Source of the DNA: Tubulanus polymorphus
Lineage: Eukaryota > Animalia > Nemertea
Reading direction: 5' to 3'
Assembly: GCF_964204645.1 (NCBI RefSeq)
Contig: NC_134036.1
Coordinates: 8,546,030-8,610,029, forward strand
Length of the DNA: 64,000 bases
Shown: positions 55,421 to 64,000 of the stretch, in pieces
How positions within the stretch are numbered: position 1 is the first letter of the stretch
Layout of the letters: each line of letters starts with the position of its first letter
The notes under the pieces: model-generated
Told to the model about the DNA's origin: nothing
Database searches by the model: none
The model's input: the letters and a program-made list of their open reading frames with translations, nothing else
Made by a program: the position numbers and the translations under genes

Positions 55421-57266
55421 ATAAAAAATAAAAATAATGAATATCTAGAATCCAAAATGACCTTAATCGTTTTACGAACAACTATAATCATGCCAGCCAA
55501 ACATGTTATTATAAGAGAGTAGTACTTCATTTGAATATTGATCGATCAAACAGGTGTTGCAATTCAACGTTGTTGTTATATTAGATAGCTAGCAGTTATA
55601 TAATAAGCACGTAATACATACAACACACACAGGTTACATTCTCTCTCTCGTGATTAAAAGGAATTCAGTTTTCTAGGTAAGTTTTAGCAAAACCACCCGA
55701 CTTGACTCGCAGAGTTTTTAGGGGATAAGCATCCCGTTATTCAGAGGCGCCACAAGATACCTATCCCCAAGCATTTCTACTTACACCCCTGTGACCCACA
55801 CCTCACCAATTCTCCTTCAATGGTTGACAGGAAACACATTATATTAAAGGCGCCTAAAGTCTATCCCAGTAGTTATGACCGCGGTGCATCAAAGAGACGG
55901 GATCCCTGTGGTTTCTATCACTCAGCCTTACGAGTAATTGAGGTCAAGCGACTACTGCATTCAAGAGTGAATAATATACCATCAACTGGCCATTCATTAA
56001 AGTATATAAAATTCTAATTTTCATAATTTTACAAAATCCTTTCTTGAATTTTGAATTTCATTTTGGGAATAATCATGTCATCTGGCAAATTCAATCTGAT
56101 TGATTTTGTACATCTATAAACTCTTCAGAGTGTGAGCATATATAATCTGGAATTATCTCATGAGTCGAGTGTTGTTGTTTTGCTTGAAACACCATCTAAA
56201 TATAATCTTTCAACTTGGAAATTGGTTTTGACACTACATAATGTAAACTCTGACTTTAGCATCCAGCGAAAATATTCACTCTTGAGTGCAACAAGACTTC
56301 AAAACTGAATTTTCATTGCTCATTACTTCATTTTCTTGGATTAAGTGTGGAAAAGTTTTGCTCTTTATTCACTCTTGCCTGTAACCATAGTAACAAGCAG
56401 CTGGGGTCCAGGGAGTCAGCGATGCTCATGGTGAGTTTGACCACTTTAAGCTGTCAGTATCAATTGAATTGTTGTTGATACTGGCTCTTTGAGAGTAAAA
56501 TGCCGCGGTCATAACCACTGGGATAGACTTTAATGCATTTCCTATCAACCCCTTACCCCCGAAAGGAGGATCGAAAGTCGAAACTGAAGGAGAACCACGG
56601 AGGGTGGACAAAGGTGCATTTTCGAAATGCCCCTGCAAGCCAAGCCCGGCGGCACTCCAGTGGTCGAATGAATTGCCTTATATACTTAGCTAAAACACCT
56701 AAGTAAATGTTGTTGGTGTTTACTAAAGAAATATGTGAAATTTGAAATTATAAATTATTCTGAATGAAAAGAATATAGGAATGAAAACTGATAAATGAAT
56801 TATGGATTTTTAACTTAATTATGTTATAATTTGTAATCAAATTAGTCATCAATTATCCATGTTAATTAATTAACAAATTCAAATTCAAATATTCATTTTA
56901 GCATCACACCCAGTGCTGCCATCTTTCAATTTAAGAAAAAACTAATAATAAGAAACGACTGTAATACAATATTCAAGTAAAAACTTCAAATTAAAAAACA
57001 AAATAAATTAATAAAAATAATGAATATCTAGAATCCGAAATGACTTATCTGGACAGTTCAATTGCTCCGCATAGATAGACAAAAGTAGTGAGATATTCAA
57101 TTAATTGGAAAAAATTAATTTTTTTGCTTTTTTTCTAAAATATTAATCCATTTTTTTATTGTCAATTTTGGAATTTCAGAAGTATTTTCATTTTTGATAG
57201 AAGTTGTTTCAGAATTATAAATATCATGAATTTTATTTGATTTCTTATACCAATTCTTATACCAAT

Positions 57267-57870
57267 TCAATTTGAGTTCTCGGTTTTTTCTTCACAGTTA
57301 ATTCCTTCACTTCTTCCACCTCGCTCATTTATTATAGAAAAATTTTTACTTTCAATATTTGAAAATGTTATAACTCCAGTTGATAATAATGTCATAAATC
57401 CGCCTAATTGAAATGATAAATATCCAATCCATTTATTTAATTCAGTCATAACTAAATAATCATTTTTTAAATCGGAATATAATCTATTTTCATCCTCAAT
57501 TGGTAGTATATAATTACATAATTTACTATAACCTTTTACTACATTTTCTGATATCGCGTCATTAATTCTAGCTGTTCTCGCGGTTTCATAAATCTTAAAT
57601 AATCTAATAATTTCATCTGATTTCATTGTATCTAATTCATTATAAGTTAAATTTTAACCGATAAAATTTTTACATTTTCCAGATGCTATTAATATTTCTA
57701 ATTGATGTTTATAATAAAGATAATATTCATAATTATTATTTATTGTAACATTATTTAAAGCACCATCATCTGGAGTTAATTTTGTTTCTGTTATTCCTAA
57801 ATCATCTAAAGTTTTTTCAATTGGAACATCACCATTTTTAGATTTTATTTTCTTTTCACCACCTCTTTAT
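57267..57870 (-). pseudogene. Disrupted hypothetical viral protein with a C-terminal hydrophobic segment
   Basis: The 119-aa ORF extends upstream through a stop and a frameshift (YKHQLEILIASGKCKNFIG*NLTYNELDTMKSDEIIRLFKIYE). Confidence 0.55.
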
Positions 57871-57894
57871 ATAACAAACAAATTAGTTGTGTTG

Positions 57895-58170
57895 TTGCAA
57901 CTAGAATTCAACTAGAATGTAACTATAATTCAACTAGATTAACAAGCTAATTGAAATATTGTTGTTTTTATTTATTTCTTGTTAAATCTAGTTGATTTTT
58001 GTTCCAACTACCAATAACTAGAATTCAACTAGAATGTAACTAAAAATATACTAGATTAACAAGCTAGTTAAAATATTGCTGAATTTTATTTGATTTTTGT
58101 TTCAAATACCAATAACTAGAATTCAACTAGAATGTAACTAAATATGTAACAGATTAACAAGCTAGTTGAA
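57895..58170. repeat. Three copies of a composite repeat (about 100-120 bp) built from AACTAGA subunits
   Basis: AACTAGAATTCAACTAGAATGTAACTA at about 57899, 58016 and 58114, each followed by AGATTAACAAGCTA. Confidence 0.85.
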
Positions 58171-58171
58171 T

Positions 58172-58780
58172 TTAAATAAATTCATATTTAAATGGGTGTT
58201 GTAATCTGAATAGTAATTTTGATCTTTTATTATTTTTCAATTTATCCATATATTCATTATGTAAATCATGTGGAATAATATCGTTTTCCTCAAGTGCATT
58301 TTTCATCGATTTTCTATCTTTATTGTAGAATAAAACTAGAAATCTAATGTTTTCTCTAAAGTCTTTAACAATTGAATTATATTTTTGATTTAAAACCCAA
58401 GTTCTTATCCCAAAATGTCTACCAGAAAAAGCTAAATAACATAACTCACTCTCTCTAATTTTTGAATCATGTAAATTTGTGCAATCATCTATAATGAATA
58501 ATGTATTTGATCCTTTATAAATATCTATTGCTATTTTAATATAATTATCTAAATTTTCTTTTACTGTTTTAGGATCTAATATAATAAATTTATTATTTCT
58601 AGTAATATTTCCATCATAAGTTTGATTAAATTCATATGTTGGACAAAATAATACTATATTATCAAAATAGTTTTCATAAACAGTTTCTAATAAATTTAAT
58701 ATAAAATAAGTTTTTCCACAATTTTTTACGCCAGAAATTAACATATTATGAGGCTCAAATATAAATAATTCCTTATTCAT
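58172..58780 (-). CDS. A32-like (FtsK-HerA) DNA packaging ATPase
   Basis: Walker A GVKNCGKT, Walker B LFIIDD, arginine-finger region SGRHFGI..LNQKY, and FRENI; ORF intact. Confidence 0.9.
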   Translation of the reverse strand: MNKELFIFEPHNMLISGVKNCGKTYFILNLLETVYENYFDNIVLFCPTYEFNQTYDGNITRNNKFIILDPKTVKENLDNYIKIAIDIYKGSNTLFIIDDCTNLHDSKIRESELCYLAFSGRHFGIRTWVLNQKYNSIVKDFRENIRFLVLFYNKDRKSMKNALEENDIIPHDLHNEYMDKLKNNKRSKLLFRLQHPFKYEFI

Positions 58781-59909
58781 TTATATATTTTTAATTTTAC
58801 TTGATAATATCCCTTCATTGAATTTATCTGGCCATCCAACCCATTTTACTAAAGAATATTTTTTTCTTTTAATGGTTTTTGTTTTCAATACTTTTTCAAT
58901 TTTATATTCTTGTTCTAGATTTTCAGTAGTTAAACTTAATTCTTCTTCGTAAAAGTAGCCATCAACTTCTTCACCATCTAAATCTTCTAATTTATAGACA
59001 TATGGTTTTGTTGTTATTACCTTTTTTATTTCATATATTTCCCTAGTAAAATTTCGATCGTATCCTTTGTCAAATATCTTTTTATACTAGAAATTCTAAC
59101 ATTTTGACCAACTTTAAATTTAGGTTCACCAAAATCATCTACAAGAAATGCTCCATATAAATTATTCCAAACAATTTCAGCATTTTCAGGTTTTCTAGCA
59201 TCAATAGGTTTCATTACAATAGAAGAATGATAAGAATTATTATATCCTTCTATCAATTTTGGTAAAACATCAATCCATTTAAAAGTATTATTTGCTGTAA
59301 AATATTTCCACATTCTTGTTCTTAATGTTCTATTAAATCGTTCAACAACTGCTGCTTTTTTATCCGATTTTGTTGAAAAATATTTGATATTATGATTATC
59401 TAAGAGTTCATGAACAAGTGAATTATCAAACTCTTTTCCATCATCAAATTGTATTTTTTCTGGTTTCAGTTTAACATCCGAAAGAAATTTTCTTAAAACA
59501 TGCGATGTTTGTACAGCATCTTATCTATAAAGTGGGAAACTCCATACATAACGACTAAAAATATCAATTATTTTCAATATCCACCAATATTCATCATAAT
59601 CTTTCTCAACATTTTTCATATCAATTAAATCTCCTTGCCACTGTTGATCTACATAACTAACCATAGTTTTACGAGTTTTATATTTTCTAACAATTTTTTT
59701 ATGTGTTGTATATGTTGGGTGTTCTAACATAAATTCATTTATATCTTTATATTTAACTAAATTTTTTGTGGGATTATCTTATCTAATTTATCTTGTTTTA
59801 CTTGACGCCATATATTTTTGGTAGAAGAATAAGCAACCGAACTCTCAGGGTTGTAATATAAATTTCTTAAATATTGTTCTTTAGTATAAGGAGTTTTTTT
59901 ACCGACCAT
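58781..59909 (-). pseudogene. Polinton-type rve (DDE) integrase with a C-terminal chromodomain, disrupted
   Basis: LYYNP, QWQGDLIDM, IDIFSRYVW, QFDDGKEF, VVERFNRT, YNNSYHSSI, FKVGQNVRIS, and chromo YKIEKVL..LVKWVGWPDKFN. Frameshifts near 59770 and 59085; stop at 59521. Confidence 0.9.
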
Positions 59910-59929
59910 TTAATTTTAACTTTATATTT

Positions 59930-60440
59930 CTAATATTGAGTATCTAATTGTGAATTTACAATATTTAATTGTGCGTCAGATATAATATAAATGTGCATTT
60001 TAGAATTTAAGCTTCCTTTTTTCTTTTTCATGAATAATTGTATTCCATCTTTAGTGTTCTGTAGTTTTTTCCCAGAACCATGTAATGAATTATCCTCTGT
60101 TGTTCTAAAATCTAACCATAATGCATATTTATTACCGGTATAATAATCAATTTGATTAATATTACAATTTTCAGATGATTTCACTTTTTCATTCATAAAA
60201 TGTTTTCTAATTTCTGGCCATTGATCTATCATTCTCATTCCTTGACAAAATATTTTATTTGCTATTCCTTCGATAGTTATTTCTACTTTTGTTATTTCAG
60301 GGTTATAATAATTATCTACCTTTATTGCGCCATTAGAATATGTTGCAATGGTAAAAAATATTAATATACCTTTAATAGATCTTCCTGGGAAGTTAATATT
60401 CTCATTAATTATTTCATCATTTGCATTAATAGTTCCAGTT
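59930..60440 (-). pseudogene. C-terminal part of a probable major capsid protein (5' part deleted)
   Basis: The frame is open upstream of the listed Met: IINENINFPGRSIKGILIFF..YNPEITKVEITIEG..QGMR..KYALWLDFRT..DNSLHGSG..IYIISDAQLNI. This resembles Polinton-like capsid C-termini from recall; no search was run. Confidence 0.6.
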
Positions 60441-61440
60441 AACTTTTAATCTATTAATATTATAATCATATGATTTTAATAATAATTTAATTTCTTCTTT
60501 TTGTAATTCTAAATTATCTTTTAAATTATTAATTTCTTTTTCTAAACGTAATTCATTTTGCCTATATTCCATTTCATCAATTACTTGACGATCAAGATCA
60601 GACTTTAATTGTTCTATTTCTTTATTTTTATCAGTTAATTCTTTTTCTAAAGTTCTAATTTTAATATCTCTTATACTTTTATTATGTGCAATTTTATCAG
60701 CTTCATTTCTTATACTAATAATTTCTCTAATTGCTTCATCAGAAAATATATTTAAATCTTCTAATTGTTGATCTGTTGCATCAATTAATCCATTCGGTAA
60801 AAGTTTTTCAATTGGAACTTTATTTGATTTAAGTTTACTAGTTTTGGAAGTTATATTCTGTTCAGAAGTTGTTTCTGTTTCTGATTTCTTTTTGATTATT
60901 TCAAATAATTCATTAATTCTTTGTTTAAATACGTCTATATCATTATCAGTTAATTCTTGTTTTATAACACCAGTTATAACATTACTATTACTAATTCTTT
61001 TAATTCTATCTGGATCTAAATCACTCAAAGTTGATTTTGTTAATATTTTATTTTTTATTATTTTTATAAGTGATATCAATATAGTAATCACCTTTCAAAT
61101 GATAATACCATTTACCATTATTTATAAATTTTAATTGATCTGCTAAAGGCCCAACGTCTTCATCATTTATGTTAAGTTTAGAATTTTCAATTATATGTTC
61201 TAATTTAGGTATTTTGTTTAAATTATCTAAATCTTGTTTTACTAAATATGGGTCTAAATTTTCAGGATTTAATTGTGATTCTGCATTTTTAATATAATCA
61301 GGTATATTTAAATTATTATTATGTCCTGGCTCATTACCGTCATTAAAACTTGTTCCACTAAAATCAGGTTGTTGTTCATCAGTTATGCCAGGTTCATCAA
61401 AATTATCCATTCCAATATCTTCTCCACCTTCTACATCCAT
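60426..61440 (-). pseudogene. Acidic N-terminus plus coiled-coil hypothetical protein, frameshifted near 61060 and truncated by a deletion
   Basis: Two overlapping ORFs (61048-61440 and 60426-61091) join across an A-rich run. Confidence 0.55.
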
Positions 61441-62779
61441 TTAAATAATAAAAAAATTTAAATTTAAAATATAATATTCCTCCGATTACAATTCCTATAC
61501 AAGTTAAAGCTAATTTAGTATTTTCATGGAATTTATTATCATTATCATTTTTAATTATATCATGTTGAATATTATCAGTTTTAATATTTTCTGATGTATT
61601 ATAATCCGGTTTAGAATCATTATTTAATTTAATATTCTTAGTTTTAGTTTCTGTTGATTGAATATGTTTTTTATTTTTTTCACCTTCCATTAATTTTGAA
61701 GCAGTAATAATCTTTTTATTTATATCATTCAATCCAAATGAATTATTTATTGTTGCAGTTTTAATTAGATTATTATAACCAATTATATTTCCCATCTTTA
61801 ATACTAAATCATTAGAAATTATTAATAGATTAGGACCTATACAATAATTTAATCTAATATGTGATTTATCTAAATAATTTTGATATCTTACAATGTTTTC
61901 TGGAATCGATCGATTTTTAACATTATGAATTGAATCTTCAAATAATACTTTGAATTGTTTCTGCGCATCAAATGAAGTGTTATCATTTCCAATTATTGGG
62001 GATCTTGTTTCAACTTGCGCACCTAAAATACATATCAAATAAGTTCTAATTGATTGATTTATTCTTTGTATGCCAGCTTTAGTAAAACCTTCACTATTTT
62101 CTAAAATGGAATTAACCCAACCATTATTGTTTTGTTGTTGTATATTATTATAATATTTAGGTAATTCATACCAATTTAGTGTTCTTATATCTGAATTTGT
62201 CATTATTTCCCAAATTCGTTAGTATATAATATTCCTAATCCACCCATTGTTCCAATTTTTGCTCTAAAATCCTTATTTGAATTAATATTAAATTCATTAC
62301 GTATTTTATAAAACTCAGAAAAATTAATATTATTATTCAATTCTTTAAAATATTTTGAACCTGGTAAAGGACATTCTAATTCATCTAATATTAATTTTAT
62401 TTGAAAATAAGTATGAAATCTAAAAAGTGATAAAATCAATGGTAAACTCGGTTTATTTAAATGATCATTCCAACTAATTCCACATCCTGTTGTTGCGCAA
62501 TAAACAGCAAAATTTAATTGGTTCTGCCAATACTTCATATTAGATTTTAATAACCATTGTTTTGCCTCATTTAAATTTTTGAAATTAATTTCATAAACAT
62601 TGAATATATTTTTCCATCTTTACATGAAAATTATTACTTTCAGTAACAGAAATATATAAATCAATTAATGAATTTAGAGCTTCATTTCTATATGAAATAT
62701 CTTTATTAAAATCTATTGCAGGAATATTATATTTAATTGATTTATTATATTGGAAAGCTTTTGGAAAACTATCTACCAT
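61403..62779 (-). pseudogene. Hypothetical viral protein split into three ORFs, with a C-terminal TM helix
   Basis: 62591-62779, 62203-62538 (YWQNQLNFAVYCATTGCGIS, FRFHTYFQ) and 61403-62203 (GFTKAGIQRINQSIRTY..ILGAQ) are consecutive frameshifted pieces; only the first has the start motif. Confidence 0.6.
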
Positions 62780-62795
62780 TTATATAATTAAAAAA

Positions 62796-63197
62796 TTAAT
62801 AATTTATTAATTCTTTGAATAATTTATCTTGTTCTTCAACTGTTATATGGCCATTTAAACTTATTATATAATCTAGTGTATTCTTTAATTTATTAATTTC
62901 TTTATTACTTTTTATATTTAATTTTGAACTTATACCAGTTAAAACACTTGACGATAATCCTAACACACCAATTGATACAGCTAAAGGTGTAAATGGTGAA
63001 ACTATTGCTAAAAATGTTATTACAGAACTAATTGTAACCGAACCACTTATAATCAAATAATATATAATTTTACTTTTTAAATATTTTTTCTTTTTTATCT
63101 TTAAGTCACTTTCAAATTCTAATATTTGTTTTTCTAAATATATTTTTAATTCAGTTTTATTTATATGATGAGGAATAATATAAATATTATCATCCAT
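62796..63197 (-). CDS. Small two-TM membrane protein flanked by coiled-coil-like segments
   Basis: Intact 133-aa ORF with a hydrophobic hairpin IIYYLIISGSVTISSVITFLAIV / LAVSIGVLGLSSSVLTGI. Confidence 0.7.
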   Translation of the reverse strand: MDDNIYIIPHHINKTELKIYLEKQILEFESDLKIKKKKYLKSKIIYYLIISGSVTISSVITFLAIVSPFTPLAVSIGVLGLSSSVLTGISSKLNIKSNKEINKLKNTLDYIISLNGHITVEEQDKLFKELINY

Positions 63198-63216
63198 TTA
63201 TTTAGCAAAAAAATTA
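63195..63216 (-). promoter_or_regulatory. Representative TAA-T(n)-N-TAAATG intergenic start motif (poxvirus late-promoter-like)
   Basis: Minus strand TAATTTTTTTGCTAAATAAATG; similar motifs precede the ATGs at 63878, 63639, 62779, 61440 and 55094. Confidence 0.65.
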
Positions 63217-63639
63217 CTAATTAGTAAACTTATAAGCAACAAATATAACAATAACTGTTCCACCTAAAATCCATATTATTTCATATTTCTGTTGTTCTTT
63301 ACTCGGGGTATAATAATCTGATAATTTTGGTTTGTATAGACGTAATTTTTCTTTATTGGTTACCGCGTTATATAAACTCATTGCATCATCAACTGATTGA
63401 AAATCTCTATGTGAAATCTTCTGATCATATAATTCCTTGTTAATATAATCCATATACTTTTGCCTCTTTTCTCTATATTCTTCTGCAGCTTTATTGTATT
63501 TCTCTAATGCTAAGTTATGCCTTTTTTGTTCTGTTAATGATCCATTTTTATCAATATGCTTAAATAAATAACCACCACCAGTAAATGCTAAAGCGTTAAC
63601 AATTGCTGATACTATAATAGTTATAACTGCAGAAGCCAT
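63217..63639 (-). CDS. Small membrane protein with N- and C-terminal TM segments
   Basis: Intact 140-aa ORF: MASAVITIIVSAIVNALAFTGGGYLF..EQKRHNLALEK..IIWILGGTVIVIFVAY. Confidence 0.75.
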   Translation of the reverse strand: MASAVITIIVSAIVNALAFTGGGYLFKHIDKNGSLTEQKRHNLALEKYNKAAEEYREKRQKYMDYINKELYDQKISHRDFQSVDDAMSLYNAVTNKEKLRLYKPKLSDYYTPSKEQQKYEIIWILGGTVIVIFVAYKFTN

Positions 63640-63663
63640 TTATTTAGTAAAATAATTACGCAT

Positions 63664-63878
63664 TTATATAGGAGGAATATATTTTTGTTTTTCCAAATAA
63701 TCAATAGTTAAATTAGATAAAGTAACTGCTAATGTTAATTTTCATTGATACCAAATCTATCAACATTAACACTTCCCATTTTAAATACTTTTTTTAATAC
63801 CGTTGAATAACCAACAGTTCCAACTGATAGTAATGCTCCATTATATAATCCAGTTATTATCCACTTATCATCACTCAT
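63664..63878 (-). pseudogene. Small hydrophobic protein of about 70 aa, frameshifted
   Basis: MSDDKWIITGLYNGALLSVGTVGYSTVLKKVFKMG, then a frameshift to LTLAVTLSNLTIDYLEKQKYIPPI*. Confidence 0.55.
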
Positions 63879-64000
63879 TTATTAATCAAAAAAATTACAA
63901 TCTTCAAAATATTTAGTTAACTTATTTATGATTAATTCAACATTTATTTCATTACTAGTTTCATTTGTATATATTTCAATTATTATTTTTTCAATATCTT

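Larger units (their letters stand above)
55040..64000 (-). mobile_element. Polinton/Maverick-like endogenous virus, decayed, continuing off the right edge; left boundary uncertain
   Basis: Shift to very AT-rich, intronless, tightly packed co-oriented ORFs including an A32-like ATPase, an rve integrase with chromodomain and a capsid-like fragment. Confidence 0.88.

Noticed and set aside
56550-56590. Second hammerhead ribozyme (GATCGAAAGTCGAAAC)
   Set aside because: Lacks the CUGANGA core.
60844-61134. Hydrophobic + strand 96-aa ORF
   Set aside because: Antisense shadow of a Lys/Asn/Glu-rich minus-strand viral gene.
55040-64000. Bacterial prophage or contaminant, or a complete Polinton
   Set aside because: The integrase-chromodomain plus A32-like ATPase is a eukaryotic Polinton signature. 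No pPolB, protease or definite TIR is visible in the window, so completeness cannot be claimed.

Overview
AT-rich, intron-containing animal genomic DNA (probably a marine invertebrate; inference) made up almost entirely of nested mobile elements. In order: (1) a 189-bp satellite array (1-3954); (2) a multi-exon CxC-KDZ (Kyakuja-Dileera-Zisupton) transposase gene on the minus strand (6335-12762) whose core exons splice in frame; (3) MITEs, Helentron-like elements, a hammerhead-ribozyme relic and scattered + strand EGF/C-type-lectin-like exons inside a segmental duplication; (4) a complete 14.0-kb CACTA/EnSpm transposon (32232-46230) with a transposase, a spliced DUF4806-like ORF2 and several nested MITEs; (5) a 5-kb long-TIR non-coding element (48569-53551); (6) a decaying, very AT-rich Polinton/Maverick-like endogenous virus (about 55.0 kb to the window end) with a packaging ATPase, an rve integrase-chromodomain, a capsid fragment and small membrane proteins. 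The most unusual signal is that all 8 recognisable gene starts of the viral element are TAAATG, the poxvirus late-promoter initiator, and most follow a T-tract. This suggests transcription by a pox-like/NCLDV helper virus. All family assignments rest on motif recognition; no database searches were run.
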